Assembly (NCBI GenBank): GCA_020723765.1
Contig: DYIF01000001.1
Location: 7,127-71,126 of the forward strand
Reading direction: 5' to 3'
Source of the DNA: Elusimicrobium minutum
GTDB lineage: Bacteria; Elusimicrobiota; Elusimicrobia; Elusimicrobiales; UBA9959
Length of the DNA stretch: 64,000 nt
Shown here piece by piece: positions 28,606 through 39,490 of this stretch. The notes beneath the pieces were generated by a model that made no database searches, was not told the origin of the DNA, and worked only from the letters and a program-made list of their open reading frames with translations. Position 1 is the stretch's first letter. Each line of letters starts with the position of its first letter. A program made the position numbers and the translations under genes.

Positions 28606-29366
28606 TGAGAAGAAAATACAGCCAGATATTTCTAAAAGATACCCATATAGCAAAAAAAATAACCGATGTTTTCGCGGAAATAGCAAAAGATAATAGAGTG
28701 GCGGAAATAGGTCCGGGCAAAGGCATTTTAACCGATTTTTTGTTTAAAAAATACAAAGACAACTTAACCGTAATAGACATAGACCCCGAGATGATAGAAG
28801 GGATAAAGTTAAAATATCCGGGAATAAAATTTATAAATTCTGATTTTTTAAAGATTAGCCTCCAGGAATTAAATACGAGCTATTTCATAGGGAATCTTCC
28901 ATACCATATATCAACCGCCATAATAGAAAAATTGATAACCTACCCGAATTTTAAAGCCGGAGTTTTTATGCTGCAAAAAGAGGTATGCGAAAAAATAACG
29001 GCCGACGAAAAAAGCCCGGATTACGGATACCTTTCGGCACTTGTAAATTTAATATGCCGGACCGGTTATTTATTCGACGTTTACAGAGAAAGTTTCTCCC
29101 CCTCTCCGAATGTGGATTCCGGTATAGTATCGATAGAAAAAACAAAAGATCAAATTACCGACGAAGATTTTAAAAAATACTCCCGATTTATAGGATATGC
29201 GTTCAGGCATAAAAGGAAAACTCTCGTAAATTCAATAAACCTTTCCATAGGATATCCGAAAGACAAATTATCGGAAATACTTTTATCCAAATCCATATCT
29301 CCGAACGTAAGGGCCCAAGAGCTCTCGCCTCAAAAACTTTTAGAGATTTCGAAACTCGTAATATAA
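28605..29366 (+). CDS. rsmA: 16S rRNA (adenine1518/1519-N6)-dimethyltransferase
   Basis: YSQIFLKD, EIGPGKGILT, GNLPYHIST and RAQELSPQ. Confidence 0.9.
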   Translation: MRRKYSQIFLKDTHIAKKITDVFAEIAKDNRVAEIGPGKGILTDFLFKKYKDNLTVIDIDPEMIEGIKLKYPGIKFINSDFLKISLQELNTSYFIGNLPYHISTAIIEKLITYPNFKAGVFMLQKEVCEKITADEKSPDYGYLSALVNLICRTGYLFDVYRESFSPSPNVDSGIVSIEKTKDQITDEDFKKYSRFIGYAFRHKRKTLVNSINLSIGYPKDKLSEILLSKSISPNVRAQELSPQKLLEISKLVI

Positions 29367-29406
29367 ATTAACTATTTAGTATAATTATCTTAGAACGGGA
29401 GGAATT

Positions 29407-30447
29407 ATGGAAAACATTCATAAAATCAGAACCGCGGACGCCCAAAAAAAATTAAAAAAAGAAAAGATAGACGCTATTTTGATATCTTCTTTAAAAGAGG
29501 TATTTTTCGTATCCGGCTTTCATCAAGATAGAACCGTACTCCTTCTTACCCAAAACCAATTGTATGCTTTTTTGCCGAAAATGTTTGTCGATCATTTTAA
29601 ACATACATGCCCATGGGGAGAGATAATTATCTATGAAAATCTTTATGCCGATATAGAGAAAAAAATAAAAGATTTAAAACTTAAAAAAACGGTATTCGAT
29701 TCTTCTCTTTCATATTACGACGAAGCCAAAAAATTCGAGGATATGGGGATTAAAAGACTCAACGGATTTTTTAAAGAATTTAGAATGATAAAAAAAGGAG
29801 AAGAGTTTGAAAACATAAAAAAATCTTGCGAAATAGCCGCAAAAGCTTTTAATATAATAAAACCGAAAGTGAAAGCGGGAGTAAAAGAAATAGAGATAGC
29901 GAGGGAACTGGAATATACGATGCAAAAATTGGGAGCTTCCGCAAGGTCTTTCGAAACCATAATAGCCTTCGGACCAAACGCCGCTCTACCCCACCATGAA
30001 ACATCGGAAAAAAAACTCAAGAAAAACGAAGTGGTTTTAATGGATTTCGGATGCGTATATAAAAGATACTGCTCGGATATCACGAGAACCTTTTTCTACG
30101 GCAAACCTACGGAAGAATTTTTAAAGGTTTATTCCATAGTAGATAAGGCTCAAAAAGCCGGGGTAAAAAACGCAAAAGAAGGAGTTTTGACAAACGAAGT
30201 CGATAAAATATGTAGGGATATAATATCGGAAAGCGGTTACGGCCAGTATTTTACTCACGGTACCGGGCACGGAGTAGGGCTTGAAATACACGAGGAGCCC
30301 TATCTTAACACGAGAATGTCGGTAAAACTATCCGAAGGCATGACGGTAACGGTGGAACCGGGGATATATCTTTTCGGAAAATTCGGAGTAAGAATAGAGG
30401 ATACCGTATACATAACCAAAAAAGAGCCCATAGTATTAACCAAATAA
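29407..30447 (+). CDS. M24 family Xaa-Pro aminopeptidase
   Basis: Creatinase-like N-terminal domain plus a pita-bread domain. Metal ligands lie in LMDFGCVYKRYCSDITRT, HGTGHGVGLEIHE, TVEPG and RIED. Confidence 0.85.
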   Translation: MENIHKIRTADAQKKLKKEKIDAILISSLKEVFFVSGFHQDRTVLLLTQNQLYAFLPKMFVDHFKHTCPWGEIIIYENLYADIEKKIKDLKLKKTVFDSSLSYYDEAKKFEDMGIKRLNGFFKEFRMIKKGEEFENIKKSCEIAAKAFNIIKPKVKAGVKEIEIARELEYTMQKLGASARSFETIIAFGPNAALPHHETSEKKLKKNEVVLMDFGCVYKRYCSDITRTFFYGKPTEEFLKVYSIVDKAQKAGVKNAKEGVLTNEVDKICRDIISESGYGQYFTHGTGHGVGLEIHEEPYLNTRMSVKLSEGMTVTVEPGIYLFGKFGVRIEDTVYITKKEPIVLTK

Positions 30448-30488
30448 TAAAGAAAATTATGTATAATTTTAGAAGATAAGGAGGGTTT

Positions 30489-31055
30489 ATGACGATAATA
30501 GCGATAATAGTCGCGGTTTTAATATTCTGGGTAATCTTTTCATTCAACAAACTGGTTTCTTTAAGAAACCAGGTAAAAAACGCTTTTACTCAAATAGATA
30601 TACAGCTTAAGAGAAGACACGACCTCATTCCCAATTTGATAAACTCGGTCAAGGGCGCTATGAAATTCGAACAAGAAACCCTTACAAAAGTCATGGAGGC
30701 GAGAGCCAAAGCTATTAACGCTTTCCAGCAAGGCAACATAAAAGAAGGATTTCAAAACGAAAACATAATAACTCAGGCATTAGGAAAACTCTTCGCGTTA
30801 AAAGAAGCTTATCCCGAATTGAAATCAAACCAACAAGTTGCGCAACTAATGGAAGAACTTACCGCAACCGAAAATAAAATAACATTCGCAAGACAATTCT
30901 ATAACGATATAACCACCAAATATAATACCCAAATAGAACTCTTCCCGACAAACTTAATAGCTTCCATGTTGGGTTTTAAGGCTTTCGACTTATTCGAACT
31001 GCCCAAGGAATCAGCGGAAAGAGAAACTCCAAAAGTGGATTTAACAATAAGCTAA
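30489..31055 (+). CDS. LemA family protein
   Basis: N-terminal TM then FNKLVSLRNQVKNAFTQIDIQLKRRHDLIPNL...ARQFYND..TKYNT, typical of LemA. Confidence 0.85.
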   Translation: MTIIAIIVAVLIFWVIFSFNKLVSLRNQVKNAFTQIDIQLKRRHDLIPNLINSVKGAMKFEQETLTKVMEARAKAINAFQQGNIKEGFQNENIITQALGKLFALKEAYPELKSNQQVAQLMEELTATENKITFARQFYNDITTKYNTQIELFPTNLIASMLGFKAFDLFELPKESAERETPKVDLTIS

Positions 31056-31091
31056 TATTAAAATCTTAAATTTTAAATCCGATTCGGTTAT

Positions 31092-32087
31092 ATGAATATA
31101 TACGAACAGCAGTCCAAAAACAAAAAACTTACTTGGATAATGCTTTTCGTTTTTATAATATTCTTTATCGCCATAGGAGCGGGTTTCGATTATTTTTATC
31201 TGAGCTATACAAAAACAAAATATATAAACGATACCATAACGACGCAAAAGGAGTTTGTACCTTTCGCCACCATATCCTCGTTGATTATTTCCATAATACT
31301 GATAATAACATCCTTCTCAAACGGGATAAAAATGATAGTCTCCGCCACGGGAGCAAGGCCAGCAAACTTTGAAGACTTAAAAGAAAAACAGTTTGTAAAC
31401 GTAGTCGAAGAAATGTCCATAGCGGCCGGGATACCCAAACCGGCATGTTATATAGTGCCGGATAACGACTTAAACGCATTCGCGACCGGTTTTTCTCCCG
31501 AAAAATCATATGTATTTATAACTCAAGGGCTTCTGGAACAACTCAACAGGGAAGAACTTCAAGCGGTAATAGCTCATGAGATAAGCCACATAAGATTTTA
31601 CGATATAAGACTTATGACGGTAACAACGATACTAATGAACGCGATAGCCGTGATATCGGATATGATGGCAAGAAGCTCCAGAAGAAACTCTTATTCTTCG
31701 TCTTCTTCTTCAAGAAACAGAAATAGCGGAGGAGGAATTCTATTTTTAATATGGATAATACTCGTAATACTCGCCCCGATAATATCGAGAATGTTGGCTA
31801 TGGCCATATCCAGACAAAGAGAATATCTGGCAGACGCCGGAGCTGCTGAGCTTACCAGAAACCCCAAAGCTTTGATATCGGCGCTTGAGAAAATAAGGAA
31901 ATCGGTTCAACCGACAAAAAACATAAAAGAATCGGTGGCCCATATGTGCATAACCGATCCCAGGGGAAGCTTAATAGAAGAAAAGTCGGGCTTTATAGCC
32001 GACCTTTTCGCCACACACCCTCCGATGGAAAAAAGAATACTGGCCCTAAAAGTCATGGCTTATGAACAGAGCAAAGCGAACGCATAA
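31092..32087 (+). CDS. M48 family (HtpX-like) membrane metalloprotease
   Basis: HEISHI zinc motif, downstream REYLADAGA glutamate and 4 TM segments. It follows lemA, as is often seen. Confidence 0.8.
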   Translation: MNIYEQQSKNKKLTWIMLFVFIIFFIAIGAGFDYFYLSYTKTKYINDTITTQKEFVPFATISSLIISIILIITSFSNGIKMIVSATGARPANFEDLKEKQFVNVVEEMSIAAGIPKPACYIVPDNDLNAFATGFSPEKSYVFITQGLLEQLNREELQAVIAHEISHIRFYDIRLMTVTTILMNAIAVISDMMARSSRRNSYSSSSSSRNRNSGGGILFLIWIILVILAPIISRMLAMAISRQREYLADAGAAELTRNPKALISALEKIRKSVQPTKNIKESVAHMCITDPRGSLIEEKSGFIADLFATHPPMEKRILALKVMAYEQSKANA

Positions 32088-32090
32088 GCT

Positions 32091-33350
32091 ATGTCTTACT
32101 ATAAAAGATTGCAAAAGGACCTTAAAGAATGCGCCGAAAAAGGAATAATAACCGATTTACAGGCGCAAGAATCTTATAATTTTATTTATTCAAAAAAGAA
32201 AAAACTTCCGCAAGCTTCTCATATCGTAATAGCAGTTGGCGGTCTTTTGATATCTTTAGGATTAATACTGATAATATCTTTCAACTGGAATAAGATAGGA
32301 GATTTAACTAAAATAATATCCTATCTTCTAATATATTCTTTGATAGGCATATGCGCCATAAAATACTCTGAAAAAAGCTTAATAACAATACCATTAAATA
32401 TAATATGGTTTTTTATGCCCGCGTTAGGATTTGGGTTATACGGTCAAATATTTCAGTTAAGTTCAGACCCAGTAAAACCTTACATAGCATGGGCCATAAT
32501 TTGCGCTCCTCTCGTATGGTTTTACGCAAAAAAATATCTCGTATATCTATTTGAAGCTCTGGTATATGGGATAATAATATATCAATTTTTTGAAGAAAAC
32601 ACATCCTTTACCATACTTACATACAATATTAAAAGTTGGGATTTTATAAAATCTTTTATAATCATTTCCGTTTTTATTTTATTTATCAAGCTTTTACATG
32701 AAAAAGTTTTAAAAGAAAAGACTACCGAAAGAGTTTATTTTATTTCGATTTTAACTTTATATCAAATTATATCTCATTTCTTAAAAGACAGATTCTCTCC
32801 ATTCATCATAGTTTTCGCCATTTTTATGTTCATAAGAAAATATAATTTTTTATATCTATTAATACTTCTTTTGCTTCTTTATATATTCTCATTTAAAGAT
32901 CCTTATTCCCGCTATGATTATAATTACGAAATCGATACTTTTAGTTATGTTTTATCGTTTATTATATCTTTAATCGTATACCTTCTAACCTCGATTAAAA
33001 TTTTGAAAAATAAAAACTTATTATCCTATCCTCTTATCTCTTTGCTTTTAATCTCGTTTACAATTCCATTTCTGAATTTTGAAAAACAAATATTGGCTTT
33101 GATAATGAATCCTTTCATAGTTTGGTTTTCAGTATCTTTAATAATATTCGGAATAAATAATAGAGAGAAAAAAATAGCAAATCTGGCGATTTATTACACG
33201 GCTTTGATAATAATAACAAGATTTATAGACCTCTTTGGTTTTGCTTCTTTGTTAAAAAGCGGCATAGGATTTATAACTTCCGGATTATTATTAATCTTAA
33301 TCGCATTGGGATTAAACAAACTTAGGAAAAAACTTACGGAAAGTTTATGA
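32091..33350 (+). CDS. Polytopic membrane protein (DUF2157-like)
   Basis: Soluble N-terminal ~40 aa followed by more than 10 TM helices. It overlaps the following GDYXXLXY-type gene by 4 bp, the arrangement I remember for DUF2157/GDYXXLXY clusters. Confidence 0.45.
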   Translation: MSYYKRLQKDLKECAEKGIITDLQAQESYNFIYSKKKKLPQASHIVIAVGGLLISLGLILIISFNWNKIGDLTKIISYLLIYSLIGICAIKYSEKSLITIPLNIIWFFMPALGFGLYGQIFQLSSDPVKPYIAWAIICAPLVWFYAKKYLVYLFEALVYGIIIYQFFEENTSFTILTYNIKSWDFIKSFIIISVFILFIKLLHEKVLKEKTTERVYFISILTLYQIISHFLKDRFSPFIIVFAIFMFIRKYNFLYLLILLLLLYIFSFKDPYSRYDYNYEIDTFSYVLSFIISLIVYLLTSIKILKNKNLLSYPLISLLLISFTIPFLNFEKQILALIMNPFIVWFSVSLIIFGINNREKKIANLAIYYTALIIITRFIDLFGFASLLKSGIGFITSGLLLILIALGLNKLRKKLTESL

Positions 33351-33871
33351 ATAAATTGAAATTAACTCTTTTAATACAAATATTATTTTTCGCCGTATTC
33401 GGCGGATGGCTTTATATCAATAGAGAAAAATATATCATGGAGTTTTATTTAAAAACAATACCGGTGGACCCGAGAGATTATCTTTCGGGAACTTATGTGG
33501 ATTTAAGATTTAAATCCGAAGAAACCGCTTTGAAATGCCTTACCGGGAAAACACAAAAAGGCGTATACCATTACCAAGCATACTTAAAATTTGAGCCCAC
33601 CCAAGAAAAATTTAAAGACAAAAACGGAAAGGAATATTTTTTTCACGAAGTCGCGGACTGCTCTCTGACTCCGATATATGAAAAAAACTGGATCAAGGCG
33701 CAGATTTATACATACGACAACAAAACTTCGGTAACGATAACCAGAGGCGATAGGTTTTACATGAACGAAAACGACCCCAGAAAAAATATCCCATCGGATA
33801 AAACCGCCGTTAAAGTGAGAATACTAAGAGACAAGACTTTAGGCATAATAGATTTAATCGAAACTCAATAA
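33347..33871 (+). CDS. GDYXXLXY-domain-like membrane-anchored protein
   Basis: N-terminal TM then PVDPRDYLSGTYVDLRF, a variant of the PxDPxxxxxGDYxxLxY motif. Confidence 0.45.
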   Translation: MNKLKLTLLIQILFFAVFGGWLYINREKYIMEFYLKTIPVDPRDYLSGTYVDLRFKSEETALKCLTGKTQKGVYHYQAYLKFEPTQEKFKDKNGKEYFFHEVADCSLTPIYEKNWIKAQIYTYDNKTSVTITRGDRFYMNENDPRKNIPSDKTAVKVRILRDKTLGIIDLIETQ

Positions 33872-33911
33872 AAAACAGCCGCATATTTTAATAATTTAAT
33901 AGAATATTTAT

Positions 33912-35204
33912 ATGGATTTTCAAAAACTCGACTTGTTAATATGCCAAAAAAAATTAAAAATAGGCGTAATAGGTTTCGGATATGTCGGAATGCCGTTGGG
34001 GATAGAATTTGCGAAAAAAGGATTTAAAGTAACCGCCTTTGAAACGGATAAAGAAAAAATAAAAAAAATTAACAATGGAAAATCCTACATAACCGACGTA
34101 AAGGATAGCGAGATATATAACGCGGTTAAAAAAAATTTATTAAAAGCCACCGACGATTTTTCTTATCTAAAAGAACAAGACCTGATAATAATATGCGTTC
34201 CGACTCCATTAAGTAAGACCAAAGAACCGGATATTTCATACATTATATCGGTTTGCGAAAAAATCTCCAAAAATTTAAATAGAGGAGCCATAATAATACT
34301 CGAAAGCACGACATATCCCACTACGACCTCCAAAATCGTAAAACCCATACTGGAAAAAAGCGGATTAAAAGCCGGCAAAGATTTTTATTTGGCTTTTTCG
34401 CCAGAAAGGATAGATCCGGGAAACAAAAAATTTAACATAAAAAATACTCCCAAAATAGTCGGCGGAATAGACGAAACTTCGGGGAAGATCGCTCAAAAAA
34501 TATATTCTTTAATAATAAAAAAGGTGTTTAGAGTTTCAAACTCAGATGTGGCGGAGATGGTAAAACTGCTTGAAAACACTTTTAGAGCGGTAAACATAGC
34601 CATGATTAACGAATTCGCTTTGATATGCGATAAACTGGGAATCGACATATGGGAAGTAATAGATGCCGCCAAAACAAAACCTTTCGGTTTTATGCCCTTT
34701 TATCCCGGCCCCGGAATAGGCGGACACTGCATACCTTTAGATCCGATGTATCTAAGATGGAAAATGAAGAAGATGAATTTTAAAACGAAATTCATCGAAC
34801 TGGCCGACGAAATAAATTCTAAAATGCCCGAATATGCGATTAAAAAACTAAAAAAACGATTGAAACTAAAAAGTTTGAAAGGATTAAAAATACTTGTAGT
34901 CGGGATAACTTACAAACCGGATATAAACGACACCAGACAATCCCCGTCGATAGATATAATAACCATCCTTTATAAAGAACACGCCAAAGTTTTTTATTAC
35001 GACCCGTATGTAAAAGAAATAGAGATATGCGGGGGAAAAATGAAAAGCATAGACTTTAAAAATCTATCATCATACGATTGCGTCATAATAGCGACCGCTC
35101 ATTCCAAAATAAACTACAAAAAAATATTAAAAGAATCCCGCAAAATATTCGATACGAAAAACGCTTTAAAAGGATTAAAATCGGAAAAAATAATAACGCT
35201 TTAA
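33912..35204 (+). CDS. Nucleotide-sugar 6-dehydrogenase (UDP-GlcNAc/UDP-ManNAc dehydrogenase family)
   Basis: Rossmann motif IGVIGFGYVGMP, catalytic GPGIGGHCIPLDP and C-terminal KPDINDTRQSP. Confidence 0.85.
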   Translation: MDFQKLDLLICQKKLKIGVIGFGYVGMPLGIEFAKKGFKVTAFETDKEKIKKINNGKSYITDVKDSEIYNAVKKNLLKATDDFSYLKEQDLIIICVPTPLSKTKEPDISYIISVCEKISKNLNRGAIIILESTTYPTTTSKIVKPILEKSGLKAGKDFYLAFSPERIDPGNKKFNIKNTPKIVGGIDETSGKIAQKIYSLIIKKVFRVSNSDVAEMVKLLENTFRAVNIAMINEFALICDKLGIDIWEVIDAAKTKPFGFMPFYPGPGIGGHCIPLDPMYLRWKMKKMNFKTKFIELADEINSKMPEYAIKKLKKRLKLKSLKGLKILVVGITYKPDINDTRQSPSIDIITILYKEHAKVFYYDPYVKEIEICGGKMKSIDFKNLSSYDCVIIATAHSKINYKKILKESRKIFDTKNALKGLKSEKIITL

Positions 35205-35292
35205 CAACTTGACAATACAAGTGCCTTTGGAATCATATGTCAATGGTAATATTTTAATTGAAAACTTGCCGATATTAAATTAAATTTTAATT

Positions 35293-36636
35293 ATGATAAG
35301 GATTTTATCTATTTTAACATTCTTGATTTCAATCAATCTTTCGATCTTTGCTCAATTTGAAAATTTTAAAACTTTATCTAAAAACACTATTCCTCCCCAG
35401 CCAAAAATAAAAGAATGGACCATAGCCGTTTATATAAACGGACGAAATAATGTGGATATGTTCGCCTATAAGGATTTTAATAGAATAGAATCGGTAGGCT
35501 CAAGCGAAGATGTCAATTTGGTGGTGGAGCTTGGAAGAGCTCAGGGCTTTATGCCCGATGAATCGACCCCCGAGGTATGGAACGGGGTTAAAAGATTTTA
35601 TATTACAAAAGACAATGATTTTAATAAAATAAGCTCGCCCGAGATAGAAGACAGAAAAAATGCCGATATGGGCAATTGGGAAGAAGCGGCCGATTTTTTA
35701 AGATGGGCAAAAAAGAATTATCCTTCAAAAAAGATTATGTTTATAATATGGGACCACGGCTGGGGATGGATAGACCCGGTGAAAGAAAACACAAATTTAG
35801 CCGGTTCTAAATCGATATCTCATGATTTTGTTACGGGCAATTACATAAAAACTACGGAAATAAAAAAGATATTCGAAAAAGCCGGGAAAGTGGACATTTA
35901 CGCTTCCATGGCTTGTTTTATGCAAATGGCAGAAGTGGTAACCGAAATTAGAAATTACGCGAAAGTAGTAGTCGGCTCTGAGGAAGTGATACAACTGCCA
36001 AGTTTTAACTGGGAAGATTTTTTATCGCTCGTATTAAAATATCCTCGGTCAAACGAAGAACTTTTGGGCGTTTTCCTCGTAGACACATTCAAAGAAATGT
36101 ATTCAAGACCGGAGTATTTTCAACTTTTAATAGACGGGAAATACGGAACACAGCTATCGGCCATAAGAACGACAAAAATCGAAGATTTTTTAAGGATTAT
36201 AAAAGAAATTTCAAACATAATACCGCAATTAAAGGACAGAAACGCGATATCGAAAGCTAAAAGAGACGTATTAAGGTTTGAGGTAGGGGAGCTGGATACC
36301 GATCCGAATAAACTCGTATCCTTCTACGCCGATCCTTATCATTTTTTCGAACTTATAGAACAAAACTATTCTGATAAATCCGATCCGGTTTATTCGGATT
36401 TTAAAAACAAAGTTTCTCGATTTAAAAACATAATTAACAAAGAAATGATAATAAAAAACGTTTATCTCTATAAAGACAGAACCGACAAAGATTTTTCAAA
36501 CGCCCATGGCATATCCATGCACATTCCGGGAGCCAAAGGACATCTTATAGATTATTATCAAACCTACAACGAACTTGAATTCGACAAAATAACTCGATGG
36601 TCTAACGCGATAAAATTTTTGGAAGAAATCGAATAA
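35293..36636 (+). CDS. Exported clostripain-family (C11) cysteine peptidase
   Basis: Signal peptide. WTIAVYINGRNN, catalytic His context IIWDHGWGW, and Cys context IYASMACFMQMAEV. Confidence 0.65.
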   Translation: MIRILSILTFLISINLSIFAQFENFKTLSKNTIPPQPKIKEWTIAVYINGRNNVDMFAYKDFNRIESVGSSEDVNLVVELGRAQGFMPDESTPEVWNGVKRFYITKDNDFNKISSPEIEDRKNADMGNWEEAADFLRWAKKNYPSKKIMFIIWDHGWGWIDPVKENTNLAGSKSISHDFVTGNYIKTTEIKKIFEKAGKVDIYASMACFMQMAEVVTEIRNYAKVVVGSEEVIQLPSFNWEDFLSLVLKYPRSNEELLGVFLVDTFKEMYSRPEYFQLLIDGKYGTQLSAIRTTKIEDFLRIIKEISNIIPQLKDRNAISKAKRDVLRFEVGELDTDPNKLVSFYADPYHFFELIEQNYSDKSDPVYSDFKNKVSRFKNIINKEMIIKNVYLYKDRTDKDFSNAHGISMHIPGAKGHLIDYYQTYNELEFDKITRWSNAIKFLEEIE

Positions 36637-36720
36637 CACCCATACTCGACTCGCGCTAAAAACCAATCCTATATACCATACTCGAAAATAAAAGCTTTTA
36701 TTAATAAGCAATAAATAAAA

Positions 36721-36756
36721 AGGGGCCTATCCAAAAAGATAAGCCCCCTCTTTTTA
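36721..36756. terminator. Bidirectional intrinsic terminator between convergent genes
   Basis: aggggcctat-ccaaaaag-ataagcccct stem (one mismatch), with an A-run upstream and ctcttttt downstream. Confidence 0.55.
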
Positions 36757-36773
36757 CGACCGATAACTATTAT

Positions 36774-37244
36774 TTATTTTCCGGCGGGTTTGGTTTCCGC
36801 GGGTTTTGTCTCGGCGGGTTTAGTTTCCGCTTTCTTCTCTTCTTTTTTCATTTCCATTTTTTTATGTTCGTTCTTTTTAACTTCTTTTATTTCTTGTATT
36901 TTGCCTTCGACAAGTTTTACCTTGACGTTTTCTCCGACTTTAAGCTTTGCGATCTCCTTCGGATCTAACGGAAACACTTTTTCTTCTTTTTTTATTTTAA
37001 GAGTTACTTCGTTTTTCTCGTTATTGATATTGACTACTTCCGCTTTTACATACTCGGCTTTTTTAACTTCTTTTTTGGCCTCTTTTTTAACCTCTGCGGG
37101 TTTTGTAGCCTCGGCTTTGTTTTCCATTTTTACAGCCTGAACCTGAGGCTGGGCGGTAGGTTGTTGTGTCGGGGTATTGTTCTGAGCATATACCGCGACG
37201 CTTATGATAAGTGACGATATGCTTAACAATGTTATTTTTTTCAT
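36774..37244 (-). CDS. Exported Lys/Glu-rich protein with a C-terminal KPAET repeat
   Basis: Signal peptide MKKITLLSISSLIISVAVYA, a central OB-like segment, and a C-terminal ETKPAETKPAETKPAGK. Confidence 0.55.
   Translation of the reverse strand: MKKITLLSISSLIISVAVYAQNNTPTQQPTAQPQVQAVKMENKAEATKPAEVKKEAKKEVKKAEYVKAEVVNINNEKNEVTLKIKKEEKVFPLDPKEIAKLKVGENVKVKLVEGKIQEIKEVKKNEHKKMEMKKEEKKAETKPAETKPAETKPAGK
36784..36828. repeat. 3 x 15-bp imperfect tandem repeat (encodes the KPAET repeats on the minus strand)
   Basis: gcgggtttggtttcc / gcgggttttgtctcg / gcgggtttagtttcc. Confidence 0.85.
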
Positions 37245-37312
37245 ACTATCCTCCTGTAAAAATATTTTATAACATTAAGATTAAAGGAAGATTAAAACAA
37301 GATTAAAAAATT

Positions 37313-38773
37313 TTAATCTTTTTTCGGTATCGTTATTTTAAAAGCCGAACCTTTATTCGGCTCGCTTTCTATGGTTATTTTTCCGCCTATATTTTCTACG
37401 GCGGCTTTTGCTATGGAAAGGCCCAAACCGAACCCTTCGTTATTAGAAGAGTTTTCCCCTCTGTAAAATCTCTCGAATATGCGACCGATATCCTCTTTTG
37501 AAATCCCTATCCCCTCGTCTTTAATTTCCACGCAAAAAAAGGAATCTTCTTTATAAAGGCGAACAAAAACGTTTTTATCTTTATAAGAATATTTTACGGC
37601 GTTTTCCATTATATTGGATATCGCTTTTATCAAACCAAACTCATCGGCTTTTACGTAGAAATTCTCCGAAATACCATCTACTATAAGATTCAATTTTACG
37701 CTCTTCAATTCAGCATATTTTTTCACTAAATCCATAGATTTTTTTACCGCATTCAACAAATCGGCTTTTTTTGCTGAAGAATATTTGTTTTCGAGATTTG
37801 AAAAACGGGCAAGTACGATCAAATTTTCTATAAGTTCCGATATCCTGTTAATTTCTTCATAAACGCTTTTAATAATTTCTTTATATTCCATCTCGGTCCT
37901 TTCTTTTTTTAAAGCAACATCGATTTCTCCCTTAATTACTGTTATGGGTGTTTTTAACTGATGGGCCAGATCCTGAATAAATGTTTTTTGGTTTAGAAAA
38001 TATTTTTCTATTCTATCGAGCATCTCGTTTAAAAAGTTAGCCACATCCCATATCTCGTCTCTATTTTTGGGCAAAGGGATTCTAAGGTGCAAATTTTCAT
38101 CGGTTATTTGTTTTGCGGTCCTTGTTATGTTATTTATCGGATTAAGCGTCATTTTAACCATAAGCATTCCCAAAAACGCCGTAAACAAAACGGTTAACGG
38201 AATGGCGATGATTATGTTTCTAAGGGTAGTTTTAAGAGCCAGGTTAATCGTACTCATCGTTCTGATCGCCTGTATTATATAAGTTTTATCGTATATCCTG
38301 ACCGGCGCGGAGTAAATTCTATAAATTATCTCCTCGTCTTTTTGTTTTACCGACAAACCGTCGAAAACCGAAACGCCTTTAATCAAATCATTCAAAGAAT
38401 CTTTTAATACGAAATCGATTTCCGGAGAGTTAACGGACCTTAAAATATAATTTCCGTCTTTATTGAGAATACTCAAAGAGATGAGATTGAGATTCGGGTC
38501 TTTTATATCCGAATTTATAATATGAGAAACGAAATCGGCAAACCTTTTATCGCAATTAAAAAAATCCGCGCAAGAGGAGGACAAGGGGTATTCTTCTATA
38601 AAATTCAATATCGAATCTCTAACCGATTCCGCTTTCAAAAAAAGCATGTCGTCAACGCTATCGTATAAAGAAGTTTTTAATTTGCTATATAAATAGAAGC
38701 TAAACAAAGAAAGGATAATAAAAAGAGTAACCGAATACCATAAAGTTATTCTGAATCTTACTGATTTTATCAT
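37313..38773 (-). CDS. Sensor histidine kinase (2 TM, HAMP, HisKA, HATPase_c)
   Basis: H-box LAHQLKTPITVIKGE, N-box NIMENAVKYS, DEGIGI and GFGLGLSI. It overlaps the regulator gene by 4 bp. Confidence 0.85.
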   Translation of the reverse strand: MIKSVRFRITLWYSVTLFIILSLFSFYLYSKLKTSLYDSVDDMLFLKAESVRDSILNFIEEYPLSSSCADFFNCDKRFADFVSHIINSDIKDPNLNLISLSILNKDGNYILRSVNSPEIDFVLKDSLNDLIKGVSVFDGLSVKQKDEEIIYRIYSAPVRIYDKTYIIQAIRTMSTINLALKTTLRNIIIAIPLTVLFTAFLGMLMVKMTLNPINNITRTAKQITDENLHLRIPLPKNRDEIWDVANFLNEMLDRIEKYFLNQKTFIQDLAHQLKTPITVIKGEIDVALKKERTEMEYKEIIKSVYEEINRISELIENLIVLARFSNLENKYSSAKKADLLNAVKKSMDLVKKYAELKSVKLNLIVDGISENFYVKADEFGLIKAISNIMENAVKYSYKDKNVFVRLYKEDSFFCVEIKDEGIGISKEDIGRIFERFYRGENSSNNEGFGLGLSIAKAAVENIGGKITIESEPNKGSAFKITIPKKD

Positions 38774-39459
38774 CTGTTTCCAAAAGCGTCTTCTTCTTGA
38801 AGCATATACCCTTTTCCTCTAATCGTATGAATTAATTTTTTGGAACCGTTCCCGTCTATCTTTTTTCTTAAATAATTGACAAAAACATCTATTACGTTTG
38901 TTTCAGTATCGAAACCGATATCCCATACGTTTTGATAAATCATCGTCCTTGTAACTATTTTGCCTTTATTTCTTAAAAGATACTCAAGAAGAGCGTATTC
39001 TTTGGAAGTAAGGATAATTTCTTTACCCCCTCTTTTGACTTTATGGGATATTAAATCCATCTCAAGATCGTCGATTTTAAGTATCGTTTTTTCCACTATA
39101 TTTCTTTTCCTTAACAACGCCCTTATTCTGGCAAGCAGTTCTTCAAATGCAAAAGGTTTTGTAAGATAATCGTCGGCTCCGCTATCAAGTCCCTTCACTT
39201 TGTCCTCTACGCTGTCTCGTACGGTAAGCATTAAAATCGGAGTATTTACTCCGCTTTCTCTAAGCTTTTTGCACAAATCAAATCCGTTTATATAAGGAAG
39301 CATCAAATCCATTATTATCAAATCGTAAGGAGCGGAAACGGCGATTTCAAAACCGTCTTTACCGTTAAAAGCGGTATCCACCAGATAATTTTCTTCTTCC
39401 AGTCCCTTTTTTATGAAATTCGATATTTTTTTCTCATCCTCGATAAGCAGTATTTTCAT
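38770..39459 (-). CDS. OmpR-family response regulator
   Basis: Receiver domain (ILLIEDE, DLIIMDLMLP, KP) plus a winged-helix effector domain (LTSKEYALLEYL...VNYLRKKID...IHTIRGKGYML). Confidence 0.9.
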   Translation of the reverse strand: MKILLIEDEKKISNFIKKGLEEENYLVDTAFNGKDGFEIAVSAPYDLIIMDLMLPYINGFDLCKKLRESGVNTPILMLTVRDSVEDKVKGLDSGADDYLTKPFAFEELLARIRALLRKRNIVEKTILKIDDLEMDLISHKVKRGGKEIILTSKEYALLEYLLRNKGKIVTRTMIYQNVWDIGFDTETNVIDVFVNYLRKKIDGNGSKKLIHTIRGKGYMLQEEDAFGNR

Positions 39460-39490
39460 AGTTTAGATACTTATATTATAGAATATTATT